DNA from: Lingula anatina
Lineage: Eukaryota; Animalia; Brachiopoda
Reading direction: 5' to 3'
Assembly (NCBI GenBank): GCA_051362555.1
Contig: CM120648.1
Location: forward strand, 10,226,587-10,290,586
Length of the DNA: 64,000 nucleotides
Both the position numbers and the translations under genes were made by a program. Under the pieces are notes generated by a model. That model had not been told where the DNA came from, ran no database searches, and was given only the letters and a program-made list of their open reading frames with translations. Positions within the stretch are counted from its first letter, which is position 1. Every line of letters starts with the position of its first letter. Below, piece after piece: positions 12,287 through 24,947 of this stretch.

Positions 12287-14606
12287 TTAACTGCATGGGC
12301 CCAGGTCATCAATCTTAACTGACCCACTGCGAGCATTCATGCCGTCATAGATCCCCTCCACGCTGTACTTGTAGCTGTTGCCGTTCGCAAGGTCGATCTG
12401 CATGTTAGCCTTGTACTCCGTGTCTATGGAGTCGGCGTACATGGTACCTGTGGCATACAGCTTCCGGTTTGGAGGGCACTTGATCGGCCATTCCCACGTG
12501 CGCTCTTCGGTGTTTGTAGTGGACCTCCCGTATGAGGCACTCGCGGTGACCTTCCAGGTTGAGCTGGCCTCTACGTCTGCAACCTCTGGGATACCTGCGG
12601 AGACCGTTGTCTGCAAAGAGTACTCCAAACCGGTGGTAATGCTCCACTGTCGCGTAATAGTGACGGATCGGGTACCCTTCACGGTGTAGGTCTGTTCTAC
12701 GGACGATTCATTTGTGATCCTCTGGTGGACAACGGTGTCTGGGACCGTAGCGACAATCTCCATGTCCAGATTCGGGTAAGTCACGTCCACAAGGCGTGCC
12801 TGCTTAATTGGATGCAATATGGCAAACCCCAGACAGTCGACGTCCTCGCCCCCGGCGCCGAACATTCCGCAGACGATGCCGGAGCCCACGTCTGGCCAGT
12901 AACGGCCGTCCTCATCCAACCAGCGAGAGAAGATTCCCCAGTCGCGCCCTTTGTCCGTCTGCAACCAGATGGCACCGAGACGATGATTCCCGCCTGAGCT
13001 GGTCTCTCCGCTGGCCTGGATGTTAAGCTTGGTCAGCTTCTCGCCGGTGTTCAAGCGGAATTCGCTGGAAGATCCAGATCGCTTTCCAACAAGGTGAGAC
13101 TTCCCATCGCTCATCCACATCTCCACTCCACGGATACGCCAATCGTCTTTCCAGGCTTTTAGCTTGGTCATGATGGCGCCATCGTCCAGCCTTACGTACG
13201 TGAACGGCGTTCCCCCATTTCCACCAGAGGCCTGAAAAAGTAAGTAAGGGTTCAGTTCTTAAAACAAACTAATTTCATTTTTGGTACTTCACTTCCGGTG
13301 CAGCCCTTAGCGACCGACCACGACTGAGCATTTTAAACACCAACGACATCACTACACATAACAATGAGTGGTGATCCGCACTTTAGGGCCGTAGCCTCCG
13401 GGGGGGGGGGGGGGGGGGGGCAGGGGATTTGAGGTGTAAAAAAAAAAATAATCGCAATTTCTGACTTCTGATTGAGCAATAAATAACAGTTAAAATTCAC
13501 CAGAATGCTGTATTATACATACAGATTTTAAAAATTTTCCACATCGTGGGAGGGGGACACCCCCACCCTTCCCCATCGGGGGCTTCGCCCCCTCGTGTCC
13601 GCTTACTGCCCCCCCTGGCATTTTGCTCAGGCTACGGCCCTGCACTTGCACCAGTAAGGTCAACAACCTGTTGATAACCCTGCCTTCACCATTATCGAGC
13701 CCCTGGAATGGGCACAATATGCAGAAAATAAATTCATTTGTAGGCCCCAGAGAGATACGCTCCTCTTGAAGTTGTTTTGTTTTAGGTCTTACCTTTCTAT
13801 TATCATAAATGGCTCTCATTTTTTACTTAATTGTCAACTATTTTTTACTTAGACCTTAGGATTATCCCGCCAATTTTTTTTTTACTAAATATAAGCAATT
13901 TGCCCTTCTTGCAAATCATTGTTCGTTCCTCTCCTGCACTAAAATTCGATGTTTTCTACAATGCCTAATAAAACAATTTAGTTCTGAAAGACTTCCTACT
14001 TATTTAGACTTTATTCTATCTTCCTAAACATTTAAATTAAAGAGGAAATATAAGCTTTTGTTTTATCGTTTAAAGTGTCTGAATTGGGATAATAAAGTAG
14101 CTATGTAGGGTATGTAAACACAGAAAACATGAGATAATTTCAAATGCATACTGCATATATTTAATGGTCTTGTTTTAACAGACTTACGGTAACTCAATAC
14201 CGAAAACCAGAAAAACTCATATTGCCCGTTTAGTTCTCGTGCCCAATGCAGAAGCATCTCCACTTTTCGTAAACTTAAGCTTTTCAGCAGAAGGGGCTAG
14301 AAATTCTATTTTTGCAACAGTTTTTGACTAGAAAACCTTTAGATTTGTGGATTGTAACCGTGCTTTCTTTTTTCAAAGTGAAAATTGTGCAGTGTGAAAA
14401 AAAAAGCGCAGTGCCTTGGCTAAATTGCCGTTTCATAATAGCTACAAATTATGCAAGGAATAAATACACAGTGGCATTTTTCTTAAAGACCAATTTTTGC
14501 GAGACGCACCGATAATTAAAATACATAGAGTGTGGCAGTGATTACATACCTGATTAGAAGTAAAGTATCTCTTGTCAATGTTACTGAATTCTCTCAAGTG
14601 AGGCAT
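12287..14606 (-). CDS. Aerolysin-like pore-forming protein with jacalin-type lectin domain, copy 2, 333 aa, 2 exons
   Basis: Exon 1 14550..14606 (MPHLREFSNIDKRYFTSNQ, CAG|GTATGT); exon 2 12287..13231 (945 nt, same length as copy 1). About 20 aa differences from copy 1 by manual count. Confidence 0.92.
13384..13642. mobile_element. Short TIR element in the aerolysin-2 intron
   Basis: AGGGCCGTAGCC ... GGCTACGGCCCT inverted ends, flanked by CACTT on both sides. Confidence 0.65.
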
Positions 14607-14706
14607 CCTGAAGTAGGTATCTGTTGTGCCTTGGTACTGGGTGCACTTGGTGTCTTAACCGAGCAGACAGCGTTCGAGGTAGGAAGATATGAAGGAAGGC
14701 GTTTGC

Positions 14707-14757
14707 TTTTATACATGGCTTCCCCGCCTACCTGTGTACAAAACGCACTCTGATTGG
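14707..14757 (-). promoter_or_regulatory. Core promoter of aerolysin-like copy 2 (TATA + CCAAT)
   Basis: Minus-strand TATAAAA at 14707-14713 and CCAAT at 14753-14757; spacing identical to copy 1. Confidence 0.75.
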
Positions 14758-15544
14758 CTGCGTGGGTTGGCGTTGGCGTTTTGACTGTTGTGTCTTTGGC
14801 GTATCTACTCTGTTGTATTGAGCAAAAAATATTCTGATCACCATGTTTTCAACCTCTTTTTGTTTATATTTCAGGTCACATGTTAAATAGGACATCAAAG
14901 TGTGTGTGTGTGTGCGCGCAGAAGCCTTAATGCAATGAATCCGTCATCCGATAATAAATAAATAAATAAATAAAAAATAAATATGGATCCGCTTGTTAAT
15001 AATTATACAAAAAATTACTTACAATAGAGTTTTTTTAGGGGAAAATACCGTGCGTCTCATAGAAAATACCCCTATATTGTCCTAATACCGTGCATACTGA
15101 TTCAGTTACTTGCCCCCTCCTCTGCTTGCCCCCAGGCACGTCCATGAAGAGTGACGGAAGAGGTTGGGTAACTCTGTTCTATCATTTCTATTAGTTTTGC
15201 CCCATGCAGTGTTATTTTGGTCTCTTTGGACTCGGAATTGGTCACGCCGCAGGTGATTAAACTTAGATCTGAAATATTGCATTAAAATGCATATACTCAT
15301 AAAATATTTATTCAACACAATTTTCCATATCAAATTTGGTCAATTTCGTACTAATCTTGGTTAGCAGAAGCCCCGTTAAATAAATAAAATGTCCCTTACA
15401 ATTTGAGGTTGAAACTTATTGAGGAAGCGAATGTGGTAAACACATTTAGCGATGAAGACCAGGCAACATCATGTCAAATTTTGTCGAAATGAACATCCCA
15501 GATGAATGTTTATCAAATGCAAGTGAACGTATAAGACGTTTACG

Positions 15545-16868
15545 TTGCAACGTGTCCATAATGAACCAAATCGAGACTGCAGCATTTGACAAAATTAGAA
15601 GATAAATGAAATGATATGAGTTAAATGAATATAAAATATTAAAACTTAATACAATAAATAAATATATGAAAAAAAAATTAACCCCAACGCCTGTGAATTA
15701 CAACAGTAAAGTTTTTCATGCAAGCAGTGCGTTTTAAATATAAAATAAGAAATAAATAAAATGCGAGGTTTGTGTTGAAATAACGAGAGGTCTCTGAATA
15801 GTTGCCAGGAAAACATGTGCAATATTTGTATTGTGAAAAGGTAATAGGCGTGACTTGTAGTTTTATGCTGCAACATGGTCTATGACATTACAAGGATAGT
15901 TGCACTGCAAGACATACAGTGTAACCCAGAAACACCCACGGTCAGATTTGTTTAATAAAATAAATAAGGCATAGTATGTAGTCGTTTGTTGATTTTAGCA
16001 AGGAGTTTCACTCCTTGATTTTAGAAAGATTCAACTACCGAGTGGGCGGCCGGCTCTTTTTAATTTCTTTTAAGATGTCCAGTCAACAAGTTTATTTAAA
16101 GGTTTTATTTATTTATAATGATCCAAGCACTGTTTGTACTGATTGAAAACGATTTAGAAGGACAGGTGGGTGAATTTTTCTGTTAATAACGTGCATGGAT
16201 TCATAATAATGATGTGAAATGAAGCGCGGACTTATTTTTCATAAGGCCTCTGTGGGCAGTGCAATGTACAATTGAATACACAATTCTAGGTATCTTTATA
16301 ACGTAGGTGGTAGTATACAAAGCAGAAACATTTTTCTTTTGTGGAAAGGTTCAAAACTCTTCATATTATGACATATACAAATTAAAAACATGCACTGAAA
16401 ATAAATGCGTGGAACGGGCCAGGTGTTACTCTGACCCCGCCCACAAGCTAAGCGTTCTTTATGGTTTAAGTTTACCTAGACAGATGCGTGGGTATGGATA
16501 AACACATGACCGGTTTTTAAACTTTATTACGGAACGCATGGAGAGTGGACACAAAGAGATCAACTATTAAAAAAAATAAATAAACATACCTTCCCGACAG
16601 AGCGTTACGCTTACAATCATAATTTGCAATTGATGAAACTCATCCAAACGTATATCAAAGTGTATGTATGTTACTTTGATCTTGTCACAAACTTAAGCGC
16701 TTACAAACAAGGCATCTTGACAGGCCACCAAAAGTATTGACATAAAATGTTTTAAATGTTTCTTTTTTCATCTTTTCAACGTGGTTTTATAAACAAGTTG
16801 TTTACATTTTAGTGATGCATCTTAAACAAACTTATATTTTTCTCAATTGAAGAAGTACATAGACGTGC
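15545..16868. repeat. Duplicated segment Z, copy B (orphan aerolysin-type 3' flank with no coding exon)
   Basis: Collinear with 10705-12060; homology stops about 230 bp short of where the aerolysin stop codon would be. Confidence 0.8.
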
Positions 16869-17453
16869 GGGAATTCAAGATAAGTTCCTTTGTATATTGT
16901 ATCCCGCGAGGCAAATATGATCGTTGCATTAGTCTTTTTTTTTTTCAATTTTACCTGTAAGAACAAGGCAATCCTATCAATCATAAACAAAACACAATAG
17001 TATTTATAATTGCAAGTTGCCATTGTATTGTAAACAAATTTGCCCTTATAATTAAGCCAAATCGAAATTTGAGCGTTCACAAAACACACAGATCATTAAC
17101 AATGAATGACCGCCAATTGAAAAACTGAATGCAACAAAAATCTATAAAGAAATAATAAAATTGTTCAAGCGCTATAAAATATTTGGATATGTATGTTAAT
17201 GCTTGAACACGCTGCTTGCGTACTTGTTGACCTGCTGAGGTTACATGACACAATGACATTTTTATTCAGTTTTCTAAGTCAAACAGAGAATGCCTTTAAG
17301 CGAAGCGGTATGCCGCTTATTTGTATTAAACAAGGGTGGTCCCTTTTATAAGTTGAAAACGTTAAAGTATTAGCTTACAACAAGGGGGGGGGGGGGGTAC
17401 GTATAAGCAATCAGCAAGAAATAACATCCACAGCTAGATAAATCCCAACCTAT

Positions 17454-17455
<2 letters not shown>

Positions 17456-17519
<64 letters not shown>
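17456..17519. repeat. Compound (TA)n(TG)n microsatellite
   Basis: Visible directly. Confidence 0.95.
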
Positions 17520-17521
<2 letters not shown>

Positions 17522-18530
17522 TTACTACACTAAACTGTAGTCAACATTCACCAAAACACCATTCACATTCAACATAACCATCATCTACGTCCAGTTGTGT
17601 CCTGTAGGGCAGTCTGCACTATTCTTGGTCATCAAATACTTCAACATAAATCAAATGTCATTATGTTTATATGGTCGGAAACTGCATAAAATCCCGAACA
17701 AGGTTAATATTTATGGGGGTGACCAGGCAACATTATTAATCAAAATGAACACCACAATGTGAAAGAGGCATAACTGTTGACCAGTTGTGAGATTCCAGAA
17801 CATGTTTTCATAGATGTTTGGAAAATAAGATTCCTCAAACTTCGTCAATGCAAGTCAGTCAGCCTATAATATTTATTACCGACATAAGGTCTGCTTTGGT
17901 GCTACGTTTCTTTGTGTATCGATTATTGGGTTCTCTTAGATTCCCTCGATTTTTTTCGCCATTGCATTTGTTGTCGATTGCGTTGGAATTTATCATGTTT
18001 ATCATATGGACCGTGCCTCAACTGCAGCATTTGACATATTTCATGGATAAATGAAATAATGACAAATAAAGGCTTTTAATAGTGAATGAATACAAATAAT
18101 AATCAAAATAAAAAGAACATATGATAAATAGATAAACTGATACAAAGAATGAATTCAACAGACACAATTCTGAAAACAAAAAGCAATTTGCAAAGAGGCA
18201 TATAGTTCGTAGACACGCATTATGTATAAAATGCATATAATCAATCGTGTGGAGTTAATCACAAAATACATCATATTTAAAGCTTCATGTGCTTTTATTC
18301 TACAACCAAAGAAGAAAAACATTAAAATATTATTTAAATATGAAGTGTACCCTATATGTTAATTTTTCATGTACTCAAAAAGATAAAAATGACATCCCTG
18401 CGCCTTTTACAACATAAAGAAGCATGGAATCACATGGGGGTACATTTGACTTTTTGTTCTGTCCAATTAATTGATATACAAAGAGTTTAGTACCTATTAT
18501 GTACCTCTGATCAAGCCAACGTGTCCTTTG

Positions 18531-18575
<45 letters not shown>

Positions 18576-18718
18576 TGTAAGATCGTCCTCAATTATATGA
18601 AATCGTAAGTGGGGTCATGGATACAGTTTTCGATGTATAATAAAGCTGAATGTTCACATTTTCTAGTTGATATACAGGCACTGGAAGTTCTTTCTTTACG
18701 TCATTGGTACCGTTTTGG

Positions 18719-21700
18719 CTAATAGGTTGACAGTCGAAAGATAATGACGTCTCCAGGATTCGGGATATAGCCATCAACTCCTAGAATTCAAGAAGAAAAT
18801 AGCTTAATTGACTCGTTTGCTACGACACGAGTCGTATGCACCACATCTTGCAAGGTAAATTAATTTTGTCATTCATCCATTTATACCTGACTTTTATATC
18901 TATATTTTAAAATTAAATAAAAGCAACTACATGTGTGAATCAGACGCCAATAAAACATAAAATATAAAATAGCTAGAGGTTTTTAAAATATATTATTCTA
19001 AATGATTGACAAAATATTAAAAACGTATGGATAGAAGCATAGTAAAGGCATTATTAAATCAATCAATCAAATTTATTGACTATGCAAACAAATAAACGAA
19101 GCAATTTCAAATAAGCTAGATAAGATTAATTAAGGAATAAAGTTATAATTGAACCAAAAATTATAACATACTATGAATTGATCACAAACTAGTGCGGGTG
19201 CAAATATTTATAAACAAATAGCATACATACCCACTTCCAGTGGGGTGTCCGGTGCCTTAAGAATTTGCCAATATGTTCTCTTCTCTGGATCCTCCGATAT
19301 GCCGTTAATCTCGGTGATGTAGTGACCAAGGGAGGTGTCCTTGGCCTTGAAACTGAAAACAAGACCGACGAGATTAATTATTTACCAGTGTGATCGTTGA
19401 TCGCAACCTTTTTTTCGTCGTAATTTTTAAAAGATGCATTATTTGATATCATTGACAGAGTTATAAACTTATATCAATTTAATTGACAATTTTTTGACAT
19501 GTATAAAGTCCAGATTTATTACGCACTGTGCAAGTTAAAGTACATTTCTGTAAAACGAAAGGTTTAAAAGCAAAAGGTTTAAAACCCAAATGAAGGAATT
19601 TGTTTTTGTTATTTCGATATTTAATTAGCCTTGGAAAAAGTGAACGTAATAGAAATATTGGAAAATCAAGCAGCCTACCTGAAATCTGATACACTGTCCT
19701 GAAGAATACCCATGGAATCGTACAAGGATGATCCTACTGGAACGGTCACATAGTAACTCTGGTTTTCACTGTGTCCTTCTATATTAGCAACTACCTGGAT
19801 GGTGAATGTGAGTTGTGTGGGAGTTGTGGTCGTAGTTGGCGGAGCTTGAGTAGTAGTGAGCTTCTGACAGATATTGATGTCTCCCAAATCAGCGTATGAT
19901 TTGCCAGCAAGGGCGGGGAGAACCTGATTGGCAGCTGTCACTCCTCCAAACGATCCATCTGGCTCTGTTAAATTCAAGAGTGCAAGTAAGCTGTCCATTA
20001 GCTACAATTATAATCTTTACTTATGATCTAACATAATGCCTCAAAATATAAATAAATTCATAAATAGAATAAAATAAAAAATATAAAATAAATTGTCACA
20101 TCTCAGTAAAATGTTTTATAAAATACATATTTTTACCCCTTATGCATCAATGAAATAAGGAAAGTCTTTACTTACGTTGATAGGCCAAGAGGGTAAGTTG
20201 AGCTTTCTTCTTGATCAGTTTTCGACTGTTTTCATTATCTGCGTACAGAGCCTACAATAGCAAAAAATATCAATATACATTTACATATCATTACGTACAT
20301 GTGACGTCACAGCAACAGCAGAAGCAGTGGACTGACTCCGTGTCCGTGGTGTCTAAGTAAAGGCTTTTTTTGCAATAAAATTATCTTGTCGTTTAATAGT
20401 ATCAAAACAACCGCCTGGTTCGATATTTTAAAAAGTTAAAAACTATTACGACCTCGACCTTTGCACTGTATTGCCTTACAGGTAGTTCTATACCTGAACA
20501 GCCAGTCCGGTAGTGTATTGGTTGCCAAATGAACCATCCGGTTTGATATTAGACAGAATATACTGGACCCCAGTATTGATGGCAGGTATGACGTCAGATG
20601 CCCCAGTCCGGTCTCTCACACAACACAATGCAATCACTGATATTGCAGCTTCATCTGGAAACAGAGACAGACAACGGAAGTGAATCGTTTGCCAAAGAGA
20701 ATTAAAAAACGAAAGTGAAAGTGTATGGAAAAAGGTCAAGACGGTGGCTGAATTTAAACATGTAAATCAATTGGTTAAGTAACCAAACAACCATAAGAAC
20801 AACAACAAAAAAGAATAAAAGAAAAATGACTATCACAACAAATGTTAAAAAGAAAAAAATATGATAAAAATATGACATTACCAACTCCGAAAGTATAATT
20901 CCCCGCTCCATCCAGAAGACGTTTGTAGTACGTCTCGTTTATAGCACCAGAGTTGCACAGAGCTAGCACAGCCCAGCTGTAGGCGAAATTGTGGTTAAAG
21001 TAATACTTGGGAAAGTTGTTCATTTGGTTCATGAGAAGTTCTATAAGGTTATGGTCATAGAAATTTGCCGGGTTTTGACAGGTAGACACAAGGCCGTTGA
21101 TGAACTGGCCAAGTTTTCCGCCATACCAGGCGGCAGTGTCCAATCCTGGGTAGCTGCAAGAAAAAATATTTATCATTCTTATTATTCATTTATTTATTTA
21201 TTAGCTAATCAATTAATTAATCACTTAAAATAATTCTTATTATTACTAATTAATTATTGATTAACGCAGCATTATTTGTTATTAGACAATAAACTAAATA
21301 TTTAGCCAATAAATTGACTAAGCAAACCCAAGTAAATCCCTCCATAACTTTTTGCATAATTTTGCTAACAAACACACAAATAAGTAACTAATAATTAACA
21401 AAAAATTAATAAATGGTCATCACCAAAATATTATCAGTTTTCAGCCCTTTTCAGATCTAGCCTGAAATGTCATCAAAACCCAACGATATATCTTTTTGAC
21501 TTACTAGTAGACTCAGTAACTGGCCGACAAATAAACAAACGGAGGTAAAACACTTCCTGGACGAAGCTTACTACCCAGTACAAACTGTTACTGGTCAGAT
21601 ATCAACGTACTTGCTAATAGCTGCCAGGAGAACCAAATTCATTTCTTTGACGCTGGCGACGGTGTTTGGCTTATCGGGATTATACCAGCCACTTCCTTTA

Positions 21701-22572
21701 GCCAACTGAAGCGCCGTGATGGCCTCCGCCTCACTTCGCATTCCCCAACCCCAATCTTCATTTCGGTTCTTCAGCAGCCATCTTATTCCTTTCTCTCTCA
21801 CTTTGAATTTGTAAATATTGTCGAATTTATCTTCATGTAAATGACGAGATCATAGTAAATTGTAACAATAATTGAGTGAAAGTTTGAGTCTTGGAGTTTA
21901 TCAGTTATTGGAAAACGCATTGCCTCCTTATGACATTGCTGGTTGGCCGGGGGGGGGGGGGGTGTCGTGTTTTTTTCCTTACTCCTTTATGTCAGTTTTA
22001 ACATCCATATAACTTATCTCACCCGAAACATGCTGTTATGTTCCATGTGTGATATGTTATATGGATGATTATTGCGTTGAACAGAAATGACGTGGTCTTC
22101 AGTGGACGCAGGTGGCAAAAAGCTATAGATCAACAGTTAATTACGCTTTTCATTCGAACTTTAAAATATTCGATGCACTTGTTGTTAAATACCGCGGTGA
22201 TTAAAACACAAATGCTAATAAGACTCTTCAATGATATTTGAAAATACATAATTTGGATAGCCTAAACAATCAGAACTAACTACATCCTGTTGTAAAATAG
22301 GTCGGTTTTATATATAATTAAAGTAAAAAAGCGAAATGTAAATCATACATTTATTACCTCGACTTATGTAAAAATGTTATCTATGGTAAATCCTCACTTG
22401 AAAACAAAGCCATTGCACGCAAATATTTTATATAAGTCAGATATCAATATCCACGGTTTGCAGTAGTGCAACTAATGAAAATGACTTATGAATATCACAA
22501 TATCACACTTTACTTACCACCTAGGCAATGCACGGATACCAAGGTGCATAAAACTGCATACAAGATCTTCAT
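18719..22572 (-). CDS. Secreted cobalamin-binding protein, transcobalamin/intrinsic factor/haptocorrin family, copy 1 (~407 aa, 8 exons)
   Basis: Exons 22518..22572, 21611..21800, 20882..21153, 20494..20654, 20176..20251, 19679..19964, 19231..19352, 18719..18780; all GT-AG, intron phases 1,2,1,0,1,2,1, total 1224 nt. Signal peptide MKILYAVLCTLVSVHCLG. Family motifs GKLGQF, DGSFGNQYTTGLAVQAL, AANQVLPALAGKSY; beta-domain motifs GSSLYD, GHYITEINGI, YWQIL, GVDGYIP. Confidence 0.9.
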
Positions 22573-22654
22573 GGCGTTCCGTTTTCTTTTCACGTTGGTT
22601 CTTTACCTGCAAGATTCTAGAGCCGTAACATACGTAGACCACTGAATGATTTCC

Positions 22655-22752
22655 TTTTATACCTTACGTAGGCCTAAATAAGGAGTCACCTGATGTCTTT
22701 ATCATCAGTTAATTTAATCATATTTTAAAGAAGGAAGTGAACTCTGAACTGT
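22655..22752 (-). promoter_or_regulatory. Promoter of cobalamin-binder copy 1 (TATA, GTCACCTGATGT box, AAGGAAGTGAACTCTGAACT box)
   Basis: TATAAAA at 22655-22661; the two boxes are conserved in copy 2 and partly in copy 3. Confidence 0.7.
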
Positions 22753-23479
22753 ATATTAAATGCGTATGGATTCAGAATTCTTGAAATGAATCGAAGGATA
22801 TTCCTTCCTACGTTTCTTTCTGTCACAGATTTTAGTTGATTGTTGGGGGAACATCCAGTTGCTTCGGTTCCATCATCTTATTGGCTGGCCGTGTTATTAC
22901 GTCTGATCGTGGAACATGGACTCATTTGATTTGTGTATAATGTAGATATTCCTTTCATTATATCGTAACTGACAGGGTTTCTTGTCGTTCTCTGTCAGTC
23001 ATATGGCAACTGGCTGCGCGAATGAAGATATTCAGGACAGATCGAGTGAGCTGAGATGACTTCGAGTTTGCAACCTTTGCGGGAATCCAAGAATTTGCAT
23101 TATTTTAACCATAACTGCCTAGAACAAAATTACAATATAGTACAGACTCCATTACTTCATCAATTCGATTTAAAACTCAGTGGAATAATCTTTGAACAAG
23201 CTGCTTAAATTGACTTGAAAAACATAACAATACGCACTGCAATATAATAAATCTAGGATCGATTCACATAACCTAACTTCTATATTATGCTAAGAATTAA
23301 GAGACCAAGTAAATTTCTTTCTGCTCATTATTTCGAACTTAAATCTCCTTCCCTTCTTCAGTCTTCATACATTATTAAAGTGTTTTCATCATTTGCATAT
23401 AAAGCATCATTGCTTTAAATCATGCAGAAGAAGAGATTTACATGTATATCACCATACTTCAACACATTGAAAGGCATCA

Positions 23480-23880
23480 ATATTTCCTCTCTTATCATTA
23501 AGGCCAATTTATTTTGGAGAGAATAATTGAAATCTCACATATCATTACATGTACCTTGCATACTTTGTCAAAGTCACTTAAGCTATCTGTCACTGTGAAA
23601 GCCTATTTGTGGTCTGGGAGATATTTATACATAGCAACATACTGGAGTGATACCATGGAAAATGCATGCTCTTCTATTATTGTGTAATATTTCAGTTGCA
23701 AAGCTGATATGAGTTGAACTGAAAGATGTTGCATTATTTTATTTAGTAAATTCTTTAAAATGTCTTCCCGAGCAAATGTAACATTTAGCATTATAATTCA
23801 AATAATTCTGAAAGGTTTAGTAAATCAAAGTATTTCATTTAAACTCCTTCTGTGCATGGTGTGTCAGTATGAAGGTGGTG
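23480..23880. repeat. Upstream block duplicated at ~36190-36560 (part of the ~10-kb tandem unit)
   Basis: Near-identical stretches such as aagctatctgtcac, cctatttgtgg.ctggga, acatagcaacatactggag, ggaaaatgcatgctcttcta. Confidence 0.85.
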
Positions 23881-23999
23881 TGTCAGGGAAGAAAGACAAT
23901 AAAATGTTGGGTTTCCAAAAAGCTGAAATGATAGTAATAAGAAATGAGTATTCATTTTGCATCTTTTGGTTAAAAAATTAAATTTTACAAGACATGTTC

Positions 24000-24110
24000 T
24001 AATGTGCATATCAGTCGGCCTGCAAATAGTTTATCTTGCCAATCCACAGTGATGTAAGCCGTGTGGGAATTTGCTCCATCTTGCTGGAACCATTTGTCCC
24101 CTCCCCACAC
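24000..24110 (-). mobile_element. Tc1/mariner transposase fragment
   Basis: WFQQDGANSHTA...WQDKLFAGRLI matches the second-Asp motif region of Tc1/mariner DD(E/D) transposases. Confidence 0.65.
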
Positions 24111-24656
24111 GCCACAACGGGTAACAATCCCCTCCCCCCCCCCCAAATAATTAAGCACCGGAATGTTACCCTCTTTATTGACAGTCACTGTCTCACCAAC
24201 ACCATGCTGAAATCAAAATAATCTGATAATGACCTTTATGTCTCCTCCATCCCAGTGCATCACAAACTTGCATAGTCCCGTTCAAAGCAAAAGAGAATGC
24301 AACAAATACTATCGGATGTTCGTGATTTGACCAAACAAGGCCGCGTTTATTATATAAACTCACTATCCTAATAATTTTAACAATAATAACAATGTGGCAA
24401 ATTGTTGCCTGCATTAAATGTTATGGCCTTAGGGATAAAAATTAAATATGAAATATTAAATAAGACTCCTCATCCTAAAAATAATGATGTGACGAGTCAG
24501 CAAAAGTTATCATTTCCAAGCAATTTTGCAAAAATTTCGTTTGTGGGGTTGCAAAGAGGCCCCCACCGACCTTTTTTGAGGTTGCAACCCATGGGGAGAG
24601 TGCAATAGCATCTGAAGAACTTATCTGGTACTCCAAATGGAGTTCTTTCTGCTGAC

Positions 24657-24947
24657 CTGTCCCGCAAGAAGATGCAGTAGTATCGAAGTAGCAAAGAGGC
24701 ATTAACGCAGTAGTGGTGTGGAGCATATTTGCAGTAGAAATGCAGCATAGCCTACTGCTATTCTACTTCAAAAATTACATAGGGTTGTACAGAGGAGGAG
24801 CATTAATGCAGTAGATTAGCAGCATGATAGAAGCATGTTTCAAATATGCTAATTAGCTCCCCAATCGAAGCAGATTTGAAGCATGTTTGCAGTATGATTG
24901 CAGTAGTCTACTGCGCTGGAGTATCTACTTCGTTATCGTGAGGGGAC
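24657..24947. repeat. Low-complexity element rich in GCAGTAG/GAAGCA units (probable non-autonomous DNA-transposon relic)
   Basis: Repeated gcagtag and aagcatgttt motifs; boundaries uncertain. Confidence 0.4.
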
